Shown here: piece after piece, positions 38,427 to 47,618 of the stretch | How the letters are laid out: every line of letters starts with the position of its first letter | How positions within the stretch are numbered: the stretch's first letter is position 1 | IMG/VR virus record: IMGVR_UViG_3300013947_000002 | Span: 1 to 64,000 of that record | From: a virus | Direction: 5' to 3' (one strand) | DNA length: 64,000 bases | Notes under the pieces: generated by a model | What the model saw: the letters and a program-made list of their open reading frames with translations, nothing else | The model's database searches: none | What the model was told of the DNA's origin: nothing | Made by a program: the position numbers and the translations under genes

Positions 38427-40325
38427 ATCTATAACTTGATTATTCTTCATTGTCAACCAAGCGATAACCTTGATTTGTTCCTCCGTCATCTTACCGCCAT
38501 TAGCGTTTTTTACCTTCGAAATTGCATTACTGATAGGGCCGATTGAGCCGCCTGTATATGCTGTACTTACACCTTCATATAGCCTGTCTGCGTCGATAAT
38601 ACCACCACGAGCTTTTTTAAGGTCATATGACAGCGGAACAATCCCTTGCATATTGCGCTTTGCTACAGTTGTTAGCGTCTTATCCTTGACAACTAAAGAA
38701 ATATCTCCGTCAAAATCTTGCTGCAAGATACGGCTAATCATGTCATGACAACTAAAATAAACACACTTTGTCCCACCCAACCATTTATCAGTCAATTCAT
38801 TTCGCTTGTTGACACGAACGGCGTGTTCTTGGTATAGGTGCGGACTTCTCAGACAATCAAGCTCGTCGCCATCCTTGAATTGATTAGTATATACTTCACC
38901 ATTCTCAAGTAATCCAGTTGGGAATTGTTCACCCTTGAATAACCACTCACAGAACGCCACAGGGTCAGGTGAGATGAACAAGTATTTGCCATTGATTCTC
39001 AATCTACCGCCTTTTGCTTGTTTGACAAGACTTTTTTTAGTTTGCTTTAATATTTCCCGATTGTAAACATCCTTGAATAATTCTGGATAAATCGTCAACG
39101 CCTCTTGCATGGCTGTTTTTGTCTGATTATACTCAGTTGCCCCAAGCAATCTCATCGTTGTTTGATAGTCACGCCCAACACTGTCAATTTCATCTACTGT
39201 CTTCGCGATAAGCCGCTCAATTTCATTGTCGGTCATATCGCTCAATGATTGTAGCATCTGATAATTGATTCGAGCCTTTGGGATATAATCCTCCTCGACT
39301 TTGCAGCAACCGAAGTGACAACCATAACTCTTAAAGTTCGACTTGTAGCAGAACCAGCTAGGGTAGAATTTGTACAGCTTAAACATTGATTTCGTTAGGA
39401 TATACTGAATATCATCTTCAATGATTTTCCATTCCTTTCCATATATATCCGTAACAGACCAATCATCAGCGGAACAATATTCTTTGAGCCATCCTCTAAA
39501 ATCAAAGTAGGACACCAACCCCTTTATCCACGGGCCGCGCACGATTTGCGTCTTGAATCCGGGCTTACAACACATGCCCCACCCGTCAGTTTCAGCTATA
39601 ACCGTCTCTGATACTTTGCGCGTAATGCTATAATCTGTATAATCAATAAAGTCCGACTCGGCAGTTACCGGCATCTCAAAATCATCCACCACTATACACC
39701 GGTCTATATCAAAATCGTCCATTCTGTCTGTTGCAGATGCCATAAGGCTCTTATAGCTCAACAGCTTGTTTTCATTCATACCGCCCTGAGCGTTAATTGA
39801 ATCGATGGTTAATCCGCACATGAGCGTCTGCTCAACTTCATTATAGTCTTTTTCCCTAACGGCCATAAACCGCTTTGTGCGTATCATGCCAGCGCCGCAT
39901 GAGTAGAAAATGTAATGCTCGCCTTTGTAATTGAAACCATTGTGAATGATGCTATTAAGAATCTCAAAAAAGAACACGTTGACAATGATTATTTTGTCGC
40001 TACGCTCGAACGTCTTGATTCCTAGACTTCGAGTCAACTCAGAACAGAATAGATTGATGATTGTCTTGTCTTTTACTGCGTCTGGATTGAGTTCTCTAGT
40101 AATATTATCTTCGAGAGATTTTTTAAGCAATTTGACAAGTTCGTCTTTATGCTTTTTAATAACACGATTGATAGATGAGACACGCCATTTGCGATTTTGC
40201 CCATCTTTTTCTCGCATACGCAATGTATATAATTTAACAAGACGATTATGAATGGCTTGTTCATCCGATGTATAGAAAGCATCTGTATTGATGGAGGGGA
40301 TGAAGCAAAACTCTGTTAATGGCAC
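38427..40325 (-). CDS. YonO-like single-subunit RNA polymerase, exon 1
   Basis: 'LDCLRSPHLYQEHAV' and 'QQDFDGDISLVV', the D.DGD metal-binding motif of two-barrel RNAPs and RdRP-like enzymes. GTG start with an AGAGGTGA RBS. Confidence 0.7.
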
Positions 40326-40457
40326 TTAGTAAATCACCTCTAATTCATTTTCTGAACTTCCATATATCCAAAGCGCCCAATCGCACTCAGTTGGCTCATA
40401 TTCATCATCCCATACCTCTGGTTCAGTATCGTCGCGCCGATACCAGTTATAGCTCAT
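40326..40457 (-). CDS. small acidic protein
   Basis: Hand-found 43-aa ORF (MSYNWYRRDDTEPEVWDDEYEPTECDW..). ATGA overlap with the BRO gene, and its stop abuts the RNAP start. Confidence 0.45.
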   Translation of the reverse strand: MSYNWYRRDDTEPEVWDDEYEPTECDWALWIYGSSENELEVIY

Positions 40458-41113
40458 TTCGCTCCACAATTCTCCTTATCACCTCTTTCCTGCGACTGAA
40501 TAAACTTGCAAAATTCCTCCATTAGTCCATTGTCTGCAATCCACTCAATCTTTGTCTTATGTTCAGCAACCGCCTTAGTGTTGATATTATAACCAAGTTG
40601 CTTACTGAACCCAATATACATATCGCGCCAAGCATTGTCGGCGTTGTGCTTGTTCATATTATTAGCTCGGATGATATCTCGCATCAGCCTATAGCAATAA
40701 GCGCGGTCGAATTTGACTGGACACGTCTCTTTGAACACACCACTACTGTCAATGTATCGACCATACTTACGAATTGACGGTAAGACCTCATGTGTGACCC
40801 AGCGTCTGAATTTGCGCAACTCGGCTTCGCGCCTTGCAATGTCTTCTTTAGCTGCTCCACGAACCATCTTTGGCTTCATTATGAACAACGCCTGATAAAG
40901 ACCCGGTTCATTGACAGTCAACACCTTCTGCTTTCCGCCAAGGGTGTTCACAATGCGAATACCCTTTTCATCGTCATCGAGCCGATTTGCGATGTGGCTG
41001 ACGTTCTTAACATACAAAATATCGCAAATATCCTTTAGTACAAACCAGACCTCACCATCAACTTCTGCGACTCTCACGCCTTGTGTAGTATATTCAAATT
41101 CCTTAAATTCCAT
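40454..41113 (-). CDS. BRO-N domain protein (antirepressor-like)
   Basis: 'VRVAEVDGEVWFVLKDICDILYVKNVSHIANRLDDDEKG...NEPGLYQALF' matches the BRO N-terminal pattern. Confidence 0.7.
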   Translation of the reverse strand: MEFKEFEYTTQGVRVAEVDGEVWFVLKDICDILYVKNVSHIANRLDDDEKGIRIVNTLGGKQKVLTVNEPGLYQALFIMKPKMVRGAAKEDIARREAELRKFRRWVTHEVLPSIRKYGRYIDSSGVFKETCPVKFDRAYCYRLMRDIIRANNMNKHNADNAWRDMYIGFSKQLGYNINTKAVAEHKTKIEWIADNGLMEEFCKFIQSQERGDKENCGAK

Positions 41114-41258
41114 ATTTTTATTAGCCTCCTTGAGCTTAATGCCATTATATCATAATATAACTTGATATTTGTCAAGTAATAATTTCGGTCTAAAATTTAT
41201 CCCCCTATAACCCCCTATAAGGTATAATTAAATACTAACGTATTTAATTATTTACTAT

Positions 41259-41287
41259 ATTATATCACAAATTTTTCTATTTGTCAA
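41259..41287 (-). promoter_or_regulatory. consensus sigma-70 promoter for the leftward BRO/RNAP operon
   Basis: The minus strand reads TTGACA-17 nt-(TGa)TATAAT. Confidence 0.65.
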
Positions 41288-41310
41288 TAGCAAAAATAAA
41301 AAATTTTCTC

Positions 41311-41339
41311 TTGACATTGTATTGCTTCTATGATATATT
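41311..41339 (+). promoter_or_regulatory. sigma-70 promoter (rightward, distal)
   Basis: TTGACA-17 nt-(TGa)TATATT. Confidence 0.55.
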
Positions 41340-41427
41340 ACTAGTATAGTAATATATAAGTATTAACAGTATATACTGTAATAATAATTATTTTTTATAG
41401 AAAAGGGGTTGTAGGGGGAAAACCGTC

Positions 41428-41460
41428 AAATTGTAAACGAATTGTAAATGAAATTGTTCT
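41428..41460. repeat. three tandem AAATTGTAAA-like operator-type repeats
   Basis: AAATTGTAAAC, GAATTGTAAAT and AAATTGTTCT at 11-12-nt spacing, abutting the -35 element of the rightward promoter. Confidence 0.5.
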
Positions 41461-41488
41461 TGACAAGTTGCGCGACATATGCTATAAT
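41460..41488 (+). promoter_or_regulatory. consensus sigma-70 promoter (rightward early operon)
   Basis: TTGACA-17 nt-TATAAT. Confidence 0.7.
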
Positions 41489-41509
41489 CTTGCCATGAGG
41501 TGAAAAACA

Positions 41510-41722
41510 ATGCCACGAACAAAGAAAATTAACCCGCGCGTCCAATATGGCGACACTAGCTGGATTGTCAATGATTGCGGCAATGGGCAATTCGAGCTGT
41601 ATAATACCAGCACCAAACAAATTCCAGCAAAGAGTAATAATCCACTGGATTTTGATAAATATATTGACAAAATTTTTGGTAAGGAGGCGGCTAAGAATGT
41701 TCGAGATTTTCAAGCTGAATAA
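41510..41722 (+). CDS. hypothetical small early protein
   Basis: 70 aa with a GAGGTGA RBS. First ORF after the early promoter. Confidence 0.6.
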   Translation: MPRTKKINPRVQYGDTSWIVNDCGNGQFELYNTSTKQIPAKSNNPLDFDKYIDKIFGKEAAKNVRDFQAE

Positions 41723-42857
41723 GAAGAAGAAAGAGCTTGAAGGGCAGATTTCCAAATTAGAATCAACTATTGCAGAGCAACAAGAGAATATTTCTTACAC
41801 ACAGCTCAACATCGATATGTTGCACAAAGAAGAAAAGAAAGCACAATCTGCCGCGCTTCAAGAACAGAACAACTTAGATATTCTTGAAAACAAAATCCAC
41901 GCTATCGAAGAAATGCAGGATTATAACATCCCATATTATCAGGATTCGCTTGATGAACTTGAACATCGCCGCTATGAACTACAGAGCAAGATTGAATTGG
42001 CTGTGAATACTGGTCTGTATCGCATCGAACAAGGATATACGCTCAATGGCTCTGACAGGCGCGGCAAGGAAATGCAGGACGTATATGGGCGAGGACTGGT
42101 TTGCAGTTGCAACGCTTATATTGACAGCAAAGAAAAATCGCTGACAACAGGCAATATTGCTAAAAGCAAAGAATTGATTAAGAATAAATTTAATTCTTAT
42201 CAGTCCAAAGCCGGTAAGGTCGGCTTGGCGCTTAATGCTGAATATGTCAAGGCGCGACTTGATATGTTTGATGTCAATTTGGCCATCAAGGTTAAAAAGA
42301 AGGAAGAAGCAGCTAAGATTAGAGAAGAAAAGCGGCGGCTTAGAGAGCAAGAGCAATTGTTGGCTGATATTGCTAGAGAACGCGCCAAGCTGATTGAAGA
42401 AAAGAAAGCAATGAATATTGCATTTAGCAAGGCATTGACAGATGATGAGCGCAATGAGATTAAGGCTCAGCTTGCTAGTATTGATAAGCGACTTGATTCT
42501 ATTGCATATCGTGAAGCACATAGTAAAGCTGGTTGGCTATATGTTATTAGCTCGCCCAGCTTGCCCGGATTGACCAAAATCGGTTGCACGCGGAGATTGG
42601 TACCAATGGTGCGCGTGAAAGAATTATCAAGTTCCTCGCTCCCGTCACCATTTGTAGCTCATTGCTTTGTATTTAGTGATGATTGCTTTGAGCTTGAATC
42701 GCAGATGCACAAATATTTTGACAAAGAGCGAGTCAATCCTGATAGAGAATTTTTCCGCATTGAGCCGAAAGAGGCCATTGAGGTGCTAAGAGAAATTTTT
42801 GACGTTGATGTCCATTTTGTAGATGAAGATTGTGAAGATAATGAGGAGGATAAATAA
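41697..42857 (+). CDS. DUF4041-like coiled-coil protein with C-terminal T5orf172 (GIY-YIG-related) domain
   Basis: Start at ATG 41697 with an AAGGAGG RBS; the track's longer N-terminus is rejected. C-terminus: 'GWLYVISSPSLPGLTKIGCTRRLVPMVRVKELSSSSLPSPF...LESQMHKYFDKERVNPDREFFRI'. Confidence 0.65.
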   Translation: MFEIFKLNKKKKELEGQISKLESTIAEQQENISYTQLNIDMLHKEEKKAQSAALQEQNNLDILENKIHAIEEMQDYNIPYYQDSLDELEHRRYELQSKIELAVNTGLYRIEQGYTLNGSDRRGKEMQDVYGRGLVCSCNAYIDSKEKSLTTGNIAKSKELIKNKFNSYQSKAGKVGLALNAEYVKARLDMFDVNLAIKVKKKEEAAKIREEKRRLREQEQLLADIARERAKLIEEKKAMNIAFSKALTDDERNEIKAQLASIDKRLDSIAYREAHSKAGWLYVISSPSLPGLTKIGCTRRLVPMVRVKELSSSSLPSPFVAHCFVFSDDCFELESQMHKYFDKERVNPDREFFRIEPKEAIEVLREIFDVDVHFVDEDCEDNEEDK

Positions 42858-42858
42858 T

Positions 42859-43371
42859 ATGACAAGAAAAGAAAAGATTGATATTCTTGAATGGTATTGT
42901 GACCATTGCGGCGATACTTGTGATGGATGCCCGTTTAATACTGTCGAGAACTATGGATGTGACTTTTCAGAAATGAATGACACAAAACTAGACAAGTTGT
43001 GTAAACACCTGAATGACGCAGACCAAGCCGCTTATGAAAACGCTGTTAATGAGTATTGTCACACAGAACCAGATGATCTTGAACTCCATATCGACCCAAA
43101 GGCGGCTCGCCACTATGCTATCTGCCAAAAACTCAATGCGGTATATAAGGCTAAGAATCATGATTATGGGGATTCATTTGGTGATACGTTCAAAAAGCTC
43201 GGCATTATCAGCGCAGTGACTCGCCTGAGCGATAAAATGAACCGACTTATGTCACTTGCTGTGGCACACGATGCCCAGGTAAAAGATGAAAAGATTGAGG
43301 ATACGCTACTTGACATGGCTAATTATGCAATTATGACGCTGATTGAATTGGGATATGAGGTAGATGAATAA
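42859..43371 (+). CDS. DUF1599-like domain protein with N-terminal Cys cluster
   Basis: Start at ATG 42859 (GAGGAGGA RBS). 'KNHDYGDSFGDTFKKLGIISAVTRLSDKMNRL...IEDTLLDMANYAIMTL'. Confidence 0.55.
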   Translation: MTRKEKIDILEWYCDHCGDTCDGCPFNTVENYGCDFSEMNDTKLDKLCKHLNDADQAAYENAVNEYCHTEPDDLELHIDPKAARHYAICQKLNAVYKAKNHDYGDSFGDTFKKLGIISAVTRLSDKMNRLMSLAVAHDAQVKDEKIEDTLLDMANYAIMTLIELGYEVDE

Positions 43372-43619
43372 TGGCTGATTGTATTGATCGTGATGCACTG
43401 ATTGATAATTTGCAGAAATTCGCGTCAAACAGTTATGACGCTTATGTGAACAATATCATCATGGGTATGCCTAGAGCCAATGTTAAAAAAATTGTAACGG
43501 CACATTGGTTTTTTGGTGACGATGGTGTGTTCATTTGTAGCAAATGTGGCAATGCAGAGTCTAGCAATGGTCGTTACTGTTCGTATTGTGGTGCTGAAAT
43601 GAGCGAGGTTGCAGAATGA
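43371..43619 (+). CDS. small zinc-ribbon protein
   Basis: 82 aa with 'CSKCG...CSYCG'. Confidence 0.65.
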   Translation: MADCIDRDALIDNLQKFASNSYDAYVNNIIMGMPRANVKKIVTAHWFFGDDGVFICSKCGNAESSNGRYCSYCGAEMSEVAE

Positions 43620-43789
43620 GTGTATATATCAAACTTGAGGATGCGGTTGAAGCATTTAAGAAAGCCGAAGCAGATGACATTGAGAGGTTTGGTTATCATA
43701 TCGTTGACTGCTTTCCATCGGACAGAGCCATTGAAATCATCTGTAAATGTCATAGGTATTTGAGTAAAGACTACGAGGTTACAGAATGA
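43616..43789 (+). CDS. hypothetical small protein
   Basis: Hand-found 57-aa ORF with ATGA overlaps at both ends. Confidence 0.5.
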   Translation: MSVYIKLEDAVEAFKKAEADDIERFGYHIVDCFPSDRAIEIICKCHRYLSKDYEVTE

Positions 43790-43968
43790 CTAATCGTGAA
43801 TGGTTTGAGTTGAATTACTCGGAAGATAATAGGTTGGATTATATAAATAGTAAATGTCCACCCAGCACTGGTGGATATCCCAATTGTTCACATTTAATTG
43901 ATGATGTAACCTGTGATATTTGTTGGGAACAATGGCTCAGAGAGGAATACAATGAACCAGAGAACTAG
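43786..43968 (+). CDS. hypothetical small Cys-rich protein
   Basis: 60-aa ORF. Confidence 0.6.
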   Translation: MTNREWFELNYSEDNRLDYINSKCPPSTGGYPNCSHLIDDVTCDICWEQWLREEYNEPEN

Positions 43969-44368
43969 GCGCGGCATTGAATCGGCGCGTCGAGCTAGCT
44001 ATGAATCTGCTTTTCCTCGCTATCATCTTGGAGCGGCGTTGTATTATAAGGGTGTATTGCTTGCTACTGGTTGCAACAGTACCAAAACAAGCCCATTGCA
44101 AAAGCGGCTCAATGCAGAGCGCGATTTCAACCCAGACCAGAGTGGCGTGGTCAATTCGCTCCATGCGGAAATTAGAGCATTGAGCAAAGTAAAATATCTG
44201 GATATTGATTTTGATAAAACCACGCTTTATATTTACAGAGAATATGCAAATGGCAATAAAGCAATGGCGCGACCATGCCCAGCCTGTATGCGATATATTA
44301 AAGAGCTGGGTATTAAGAATATATGCTATAGTACGGCCGATGGAATTGCCGAAGAAAGGATTGATTGA
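43952..44368 (+). CDS. dCMP/cytidine deaminase family protein
   Basis: 'SLHAEIRAL' (HAE) and 'PCPACMRYI' (PC..C) zinc motifs. Start at ATG 43952 with a GAGAGGA RBS. Confidence 0.7.
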   Translation: MNQRTRRGIESARRASYESAFPRYHLGAALYYKGVLLATGCNSTKTSPLQKRLNAERDFNPDQSGVVNSLHAEIRALSKVKYLDIDFDKTTLYIYREYANGNKAMARPCPACMRYIKELGIKNICYSTADGIAEERID

Positions 44369-44370
44369 TA

Positions 44371-44622
44371 ATGCAACCGATTGACCTAGATTCTGAATAT
44401 ATCAAAGAAACCCTATATCGCACCGGCTTTAAGTCGAGAAAAGATATTGAGGATTGGTTGAATGCTGCGCCAGTTGTTGATGCTGTACCGGTTGTTAGAT
44501 GTAAGGATTGCATCTATTTTGGCGTGAATGATGAAAATGTACCATATTGCTTTAACAGGTTTGGACTTGATGACCTTGAGCTAAATGGATATTGTAATTA
44601 TGGGAGGGTAAATAATGGCTGA
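44371..44622 (+). CDS. hypothetical small protein
   Basis: The track ORF starts at TTG 44365. ATG 44371 is preferred. Confidence 0.6.
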   Translation: MQPIDLDSEYIKETLYRTGFKSRKDIEDWLNAAPVVDAVPVVRCKDCIYFGVNDENVPYCFNRFGLDDLELNGYCNYGRVNNG

Positions 44623-44929
44623 TTATATCCGGCGCGAGGATCTGATGGCCGCACGGGAACAAGCGATTCGTGTGTATGAAAATGCAAATATTTTCAATGC
44701 CGCCGCAATCCGAGAAGATTTAAGACCGCTTCTGGATGCTGTTGTCGACGTACCCGCTGCAAATATTACAGAGATTATCCATTGTAAAGATTGTGCCTAT
44801 TTTCATCCATATCCATTTGAGCCCGAGTATGGCAGTTGCAAATATCATCTTGACCCCGACTTACAATGGGAAGAAAAGAAAGAAACGGACTACTGTAGTG
44901 ATGCAGAGAGGTTAGAAGATGAAGATTGA
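44615..44929 (+). CDS. hypothetical small protein (paralogue-like of 44371-44622)
   Basis: Shares '..V(D/P)A..V..CKDC.YF' with the preceding ORF. Confidence 0.6.
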   Translation: MADYIRREDLMAAREQAIRVYENANIFNAAAIREDLRPLLDAVVDVPAANITEIIHCKDCAYFHPYPFEPEYGSCKYHLDPDLQWEEKKETDYCSDAERLEDED

Positions 44930-45419
44930 AAGAATCTGGGCAATGCCGAACAAATGGACTTTTAGTATTAAGCCAATTGCACAGTTGCTTAGAGATGAAA
45001 TTGGCGATGGTCTATGGGTCGACCCGTTTGCTGGCGAAATGTCTCCGGCTCAAATTACAAACGACCTGAACCCAGAACGGCCAACAACATACCATATGGA
45101 CGCGCTTGATTTTCTAAAGATGTTTGACGGTAATTCCATAGACGGGATTCTATATGATCCGCCATATTCCCCAAGGCAGGTTAAGGAATGCTATGATGGT
45201 ATTGGTGGCGAGTTGAAATGGGATGGCCGGACAAACTTTTGGAGCGATACAAAGAACGAATGTGCGCGTATTCTAAAGTTAAACGGTAAGATTATTTGTT
45301 TTGGTTGGAACAGCATGGGGCTTGGAAAAAATCGCGGCTTTGAGATGACAAGGATTTTGCTTGTACCTCATGGTGGGAGTCGTAATGATACAATCTGTAC
45401 AGTTGAGGTTAAGTGTTAA
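44919..45419 (+). CDS. DNA methyltransferase (DPPY motif; N6-adenine or N4-cytosine)
   Basis: 'VDPFAGE' (AdoMet-binding motif) followed by 'ILYDPPYS'. Confidence 0.7.
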   Translation: MKIERIWAMPNKWTFSIKPIAQLLRDEIGDGLWVDPFAGEMSPAQITNDLNPERPTTYHMDALDFLKMFDGNSIDGILYDPPYSPRQVKECYDGIGGELKWDGRTNFWSDTKNECARILKLNGKIICFGWNSMGLGKNRGFEMTRILLVPHGGSRNDTICTVEVKC

Positions 45420-45546
45420 TGTGGACAAAATTCAAACGATGGCTAATTCGAAAGCTGGGCGGCTTTGCTGATGGATATAGGGTGCCTGATGAATGTAAGG
45501 AGAAGGTAAAGAAAGTGATTGAGAAATGAAAGGAGAGTAAAGATAA

Positions 45547-45810
45547 ATGAAACGGATTGCAATTATCATCAGCATGATTTTTTGTGTATTGCTTGGTGCT
45601 TGTAGCGTCACTATGGTAAATGCAGAACAAAACAGACCGGTTAAAATTTGGGCTGAAAATAGCAATGGATCTTACGATGTTTGTATTGTCGTAGATGAAA
45701 CTACTGGCGTGAATTATATTGTTGTTGGCGGAGATATGTATCAACGCCCAAGAGGAACTGCAATCACTCCTAGACTAAACGAGGATGGTACGCTATATGT
45801 TAGTAAATGA
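45547..45810 (+). CDS. lipoprotein
   Basis: Signal peptide with lipobox 'VLLGAC'. 87 aa. Confidence 0.65.
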   Translation: MKRIAIIISMIFCVLLGACSVTMVNAEQNRPVKIWAENSNGSYDVCIVVDETTGVNYIVVGGDMYQRPRGTAITPRLNEDGTLYVSK

Positions 45811-46006
45811 TAAAATTATTACATCGGTATGTGATGGTTGCTTAAATTGGCACATCTGCAAATTTAGCGACGATGTGAAGCGCGCCGAGATTGAGTACAG
45901 AAAGATGCAGGAGGGCGCAAATTGGCCTGAATGTGTAGAAACGACGCTAGGATGTAAGCATAAGCAATGTGTAAGTAACCAGTGGTTGTATGACATCGGT
46001 AGATAG
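45797..46006 (+). CDS. hypothetical Cys-rich small protein
   Basis: ATG 45797 has a GAGGATGG RBS. The track start at 45785 is less likely. Confidence 0.55.
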   Translation: MLVNDKIITSVCDGCLNWHICKFSDDVKRAEIEYRKMQEGANWPECVETTLGCKHKQCVSNQWLYDIGR

Positions 46007-46123
46007 CACAACGACAAAAGCTGAATATATGCCGTCTGATTATACAAAATACGTTAATTATGATGATGACGATATTCATGATATTTTAGACGGATATAGT
46101 AAGGCTCGTTATAAATAAAATAA

Positions 46124-46176
46124 AAAATCTGCCCCAAAACCCTATATATGTAGGGAATGAAATGGGGCAGATTTTT
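46124..46176. terminator. bidirectional rho-independent terminator
   Basis: AAAATCTGCCCCA...TGGGGCAGATTTT with a nested CCCTATATATGTAGGG hairpin. A/T runs lie on both sides, between convergent genes. Confidence 0.7.
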
Positions 46177-47218
46177 ATTGCTTATTGCGCTCATTTTTAA
46201 TCAGGTCTTTGAGTTTATCTGGTTGCGCAGGATTCATGTTAATATCAACGAACTCGCGCCGCTCTTTGCCAGTGATACAACTGAGCTGACTGGTCTGAAT
46301 AATCTTAACACAAGCCTCTTTATTGATTTTTTCAAAGCTAGGATAATGCTCATAGACATCTAAGAGCCGGTTGGCAATCCATTCTTTAGTGGCTGGCTTA
46401 ATGACATACACCTCTTTCACAAGGTCGTATTTGCCGCCAAACGCCTCTTTGGTCAGTTCGCCAAGTCGCGCCTCAAATTTATTATATAGCTCTTGACTGA
46501 CATATGGCTTATATACCTTGTTGTCAACAACTTTGCCCCAATTTGGTGGCATAATCTCAGAAACAGCCTTGGAATGAATGGCTAGGCACGTCTGATGGTC
46601 TACGCTGTCTTCAGGCACGTCATGGGTGGCCATATACTCCTCACCGTTTTTATTGGTTTTGAGTTTATAGAGCCGGTAACCGCGATTTAGGTCGATGACG
46701 TAACGGTTCTTCATAGTCAGCAATTTGCGCCTAGTCCATTGAGCAAGGATATTGTATACTATACCATTGACTATGCCCATGTATCCATAACGCTCTGAAT
46801 CTGAGACGGCTTGACTGTAGGTATAATTAAAATTATCATTGACCTCTTGGAACATCCTGAGCAGATTGCTGGTCGAAGCATAAATGGTGGCACAGTTAGT
46901 CTTGAGGAAGATCTGGTAAAGGGCGGCTTCAAATGCGGCCTGATACGAGTCTTTGTCTAGCTCATTGATAAGAGAATCAGCCTCTGGATAGACTTCTTGG
47001 ACAATATAGCGGGTCGGATATGAATTAGGCACAATATCAAGTTGGCAATAGTTGCGAATTTTATCAAGTTGATAGGAGCGAGAATTTCCGTTTTTTGGTG
47101 GAATATCAACTGCAGCACATAACTCTGAATATTTTAATTCGCGCCCTTCTATACCGACTAGAGCGTCAATTAGTTTATTATCTTCATTGGACGGCAGATA
47201 TTTTGATTTGTTTGGCAT
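46175..47218 (-). CDS. hypothetical protein, the only leftward gene in the early arm
   Basis: Likely start at MPNKSKY (ATG 47216-47218, AAAGGAAA RBS). 347 aa with no recognised motif. Confidence 0.6.
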   Translation of the reverse strand: MPNKSKYLPSNEDNKLIDALVGIEGRELKYSELCAAVDIPPKNGNSRSYQLDKIRNYCQLDIVPNSYPTRYIVQEVYPEADSLINELDKDSYQAAFEAALYQIFLKTNCATIYASTSNLLRMFQEVNDNFNYTYSQAVSDSERYGYMGIVNGIVYNILAQWTRRKLLTMKNRYVIDLNRGYRLYKLKTNKNGEEYMATHDVPEDSVDHQTCLAIHSKAVSEIMPPNWGKVVDNKVYKPYVSQELYNKFEARLGELTKEAFGGKYDLVKEVYVIKPATKEWIANRLLDVYEHYPSFEKINKEACVKIIQTSQLSCITGKERREFVDINMNPAQPDKLKDLIKNERNKQ

Positions 47219-47618
47219 ATTATTTCCTTTCTGTAACAATTTTGTAATGTTGGGACGTTCGTGGGTCTCCACTGGGACTTTGCGTGACGCTTTTATAGAA
47301 ATACTATATTAGTATCAGCGAACGTCCCAGTCCGCCCCATTATCTAATTATACTATATTTTGATTGGCTATTTGTTAATAAATTGTAAATTATGTCATAG
47401 ATTATTGGATTTACCGATTAAGTAAAATAGCAATCGTTATAAGGTGTGTGGTTTGATTTATTTTTTTTATCATGCTTTACAGGGTATGTGATTTGTAGTG
47501 CTACATACCATTTTCATCCATTTTTACCAGTTTCATCCATATCCCAGCCCCCGTCCTGGAAAATGCTGGCATCTTGAAAAACACCTGAAAATAGCACTTT
47601 GCAGGCGTATCGGCGAAG

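Noticed and set aside
41547-41696. Long N-terminal extension of the 436-aa track ORF, and similar extensions at 42823, 43913, 48976, 49801, 51541, 53281, 53607, 54028, 54267, 54687, 57306, 58825, 59273, 60935, 61506, 61688 and 47219-47272
   Set aside because: These extensions overlap the preceding gene and lack an RBS. An internal ATG with a good Shine-Dalgarno sequence and a typical stop/start overlap gives a compact gene order.
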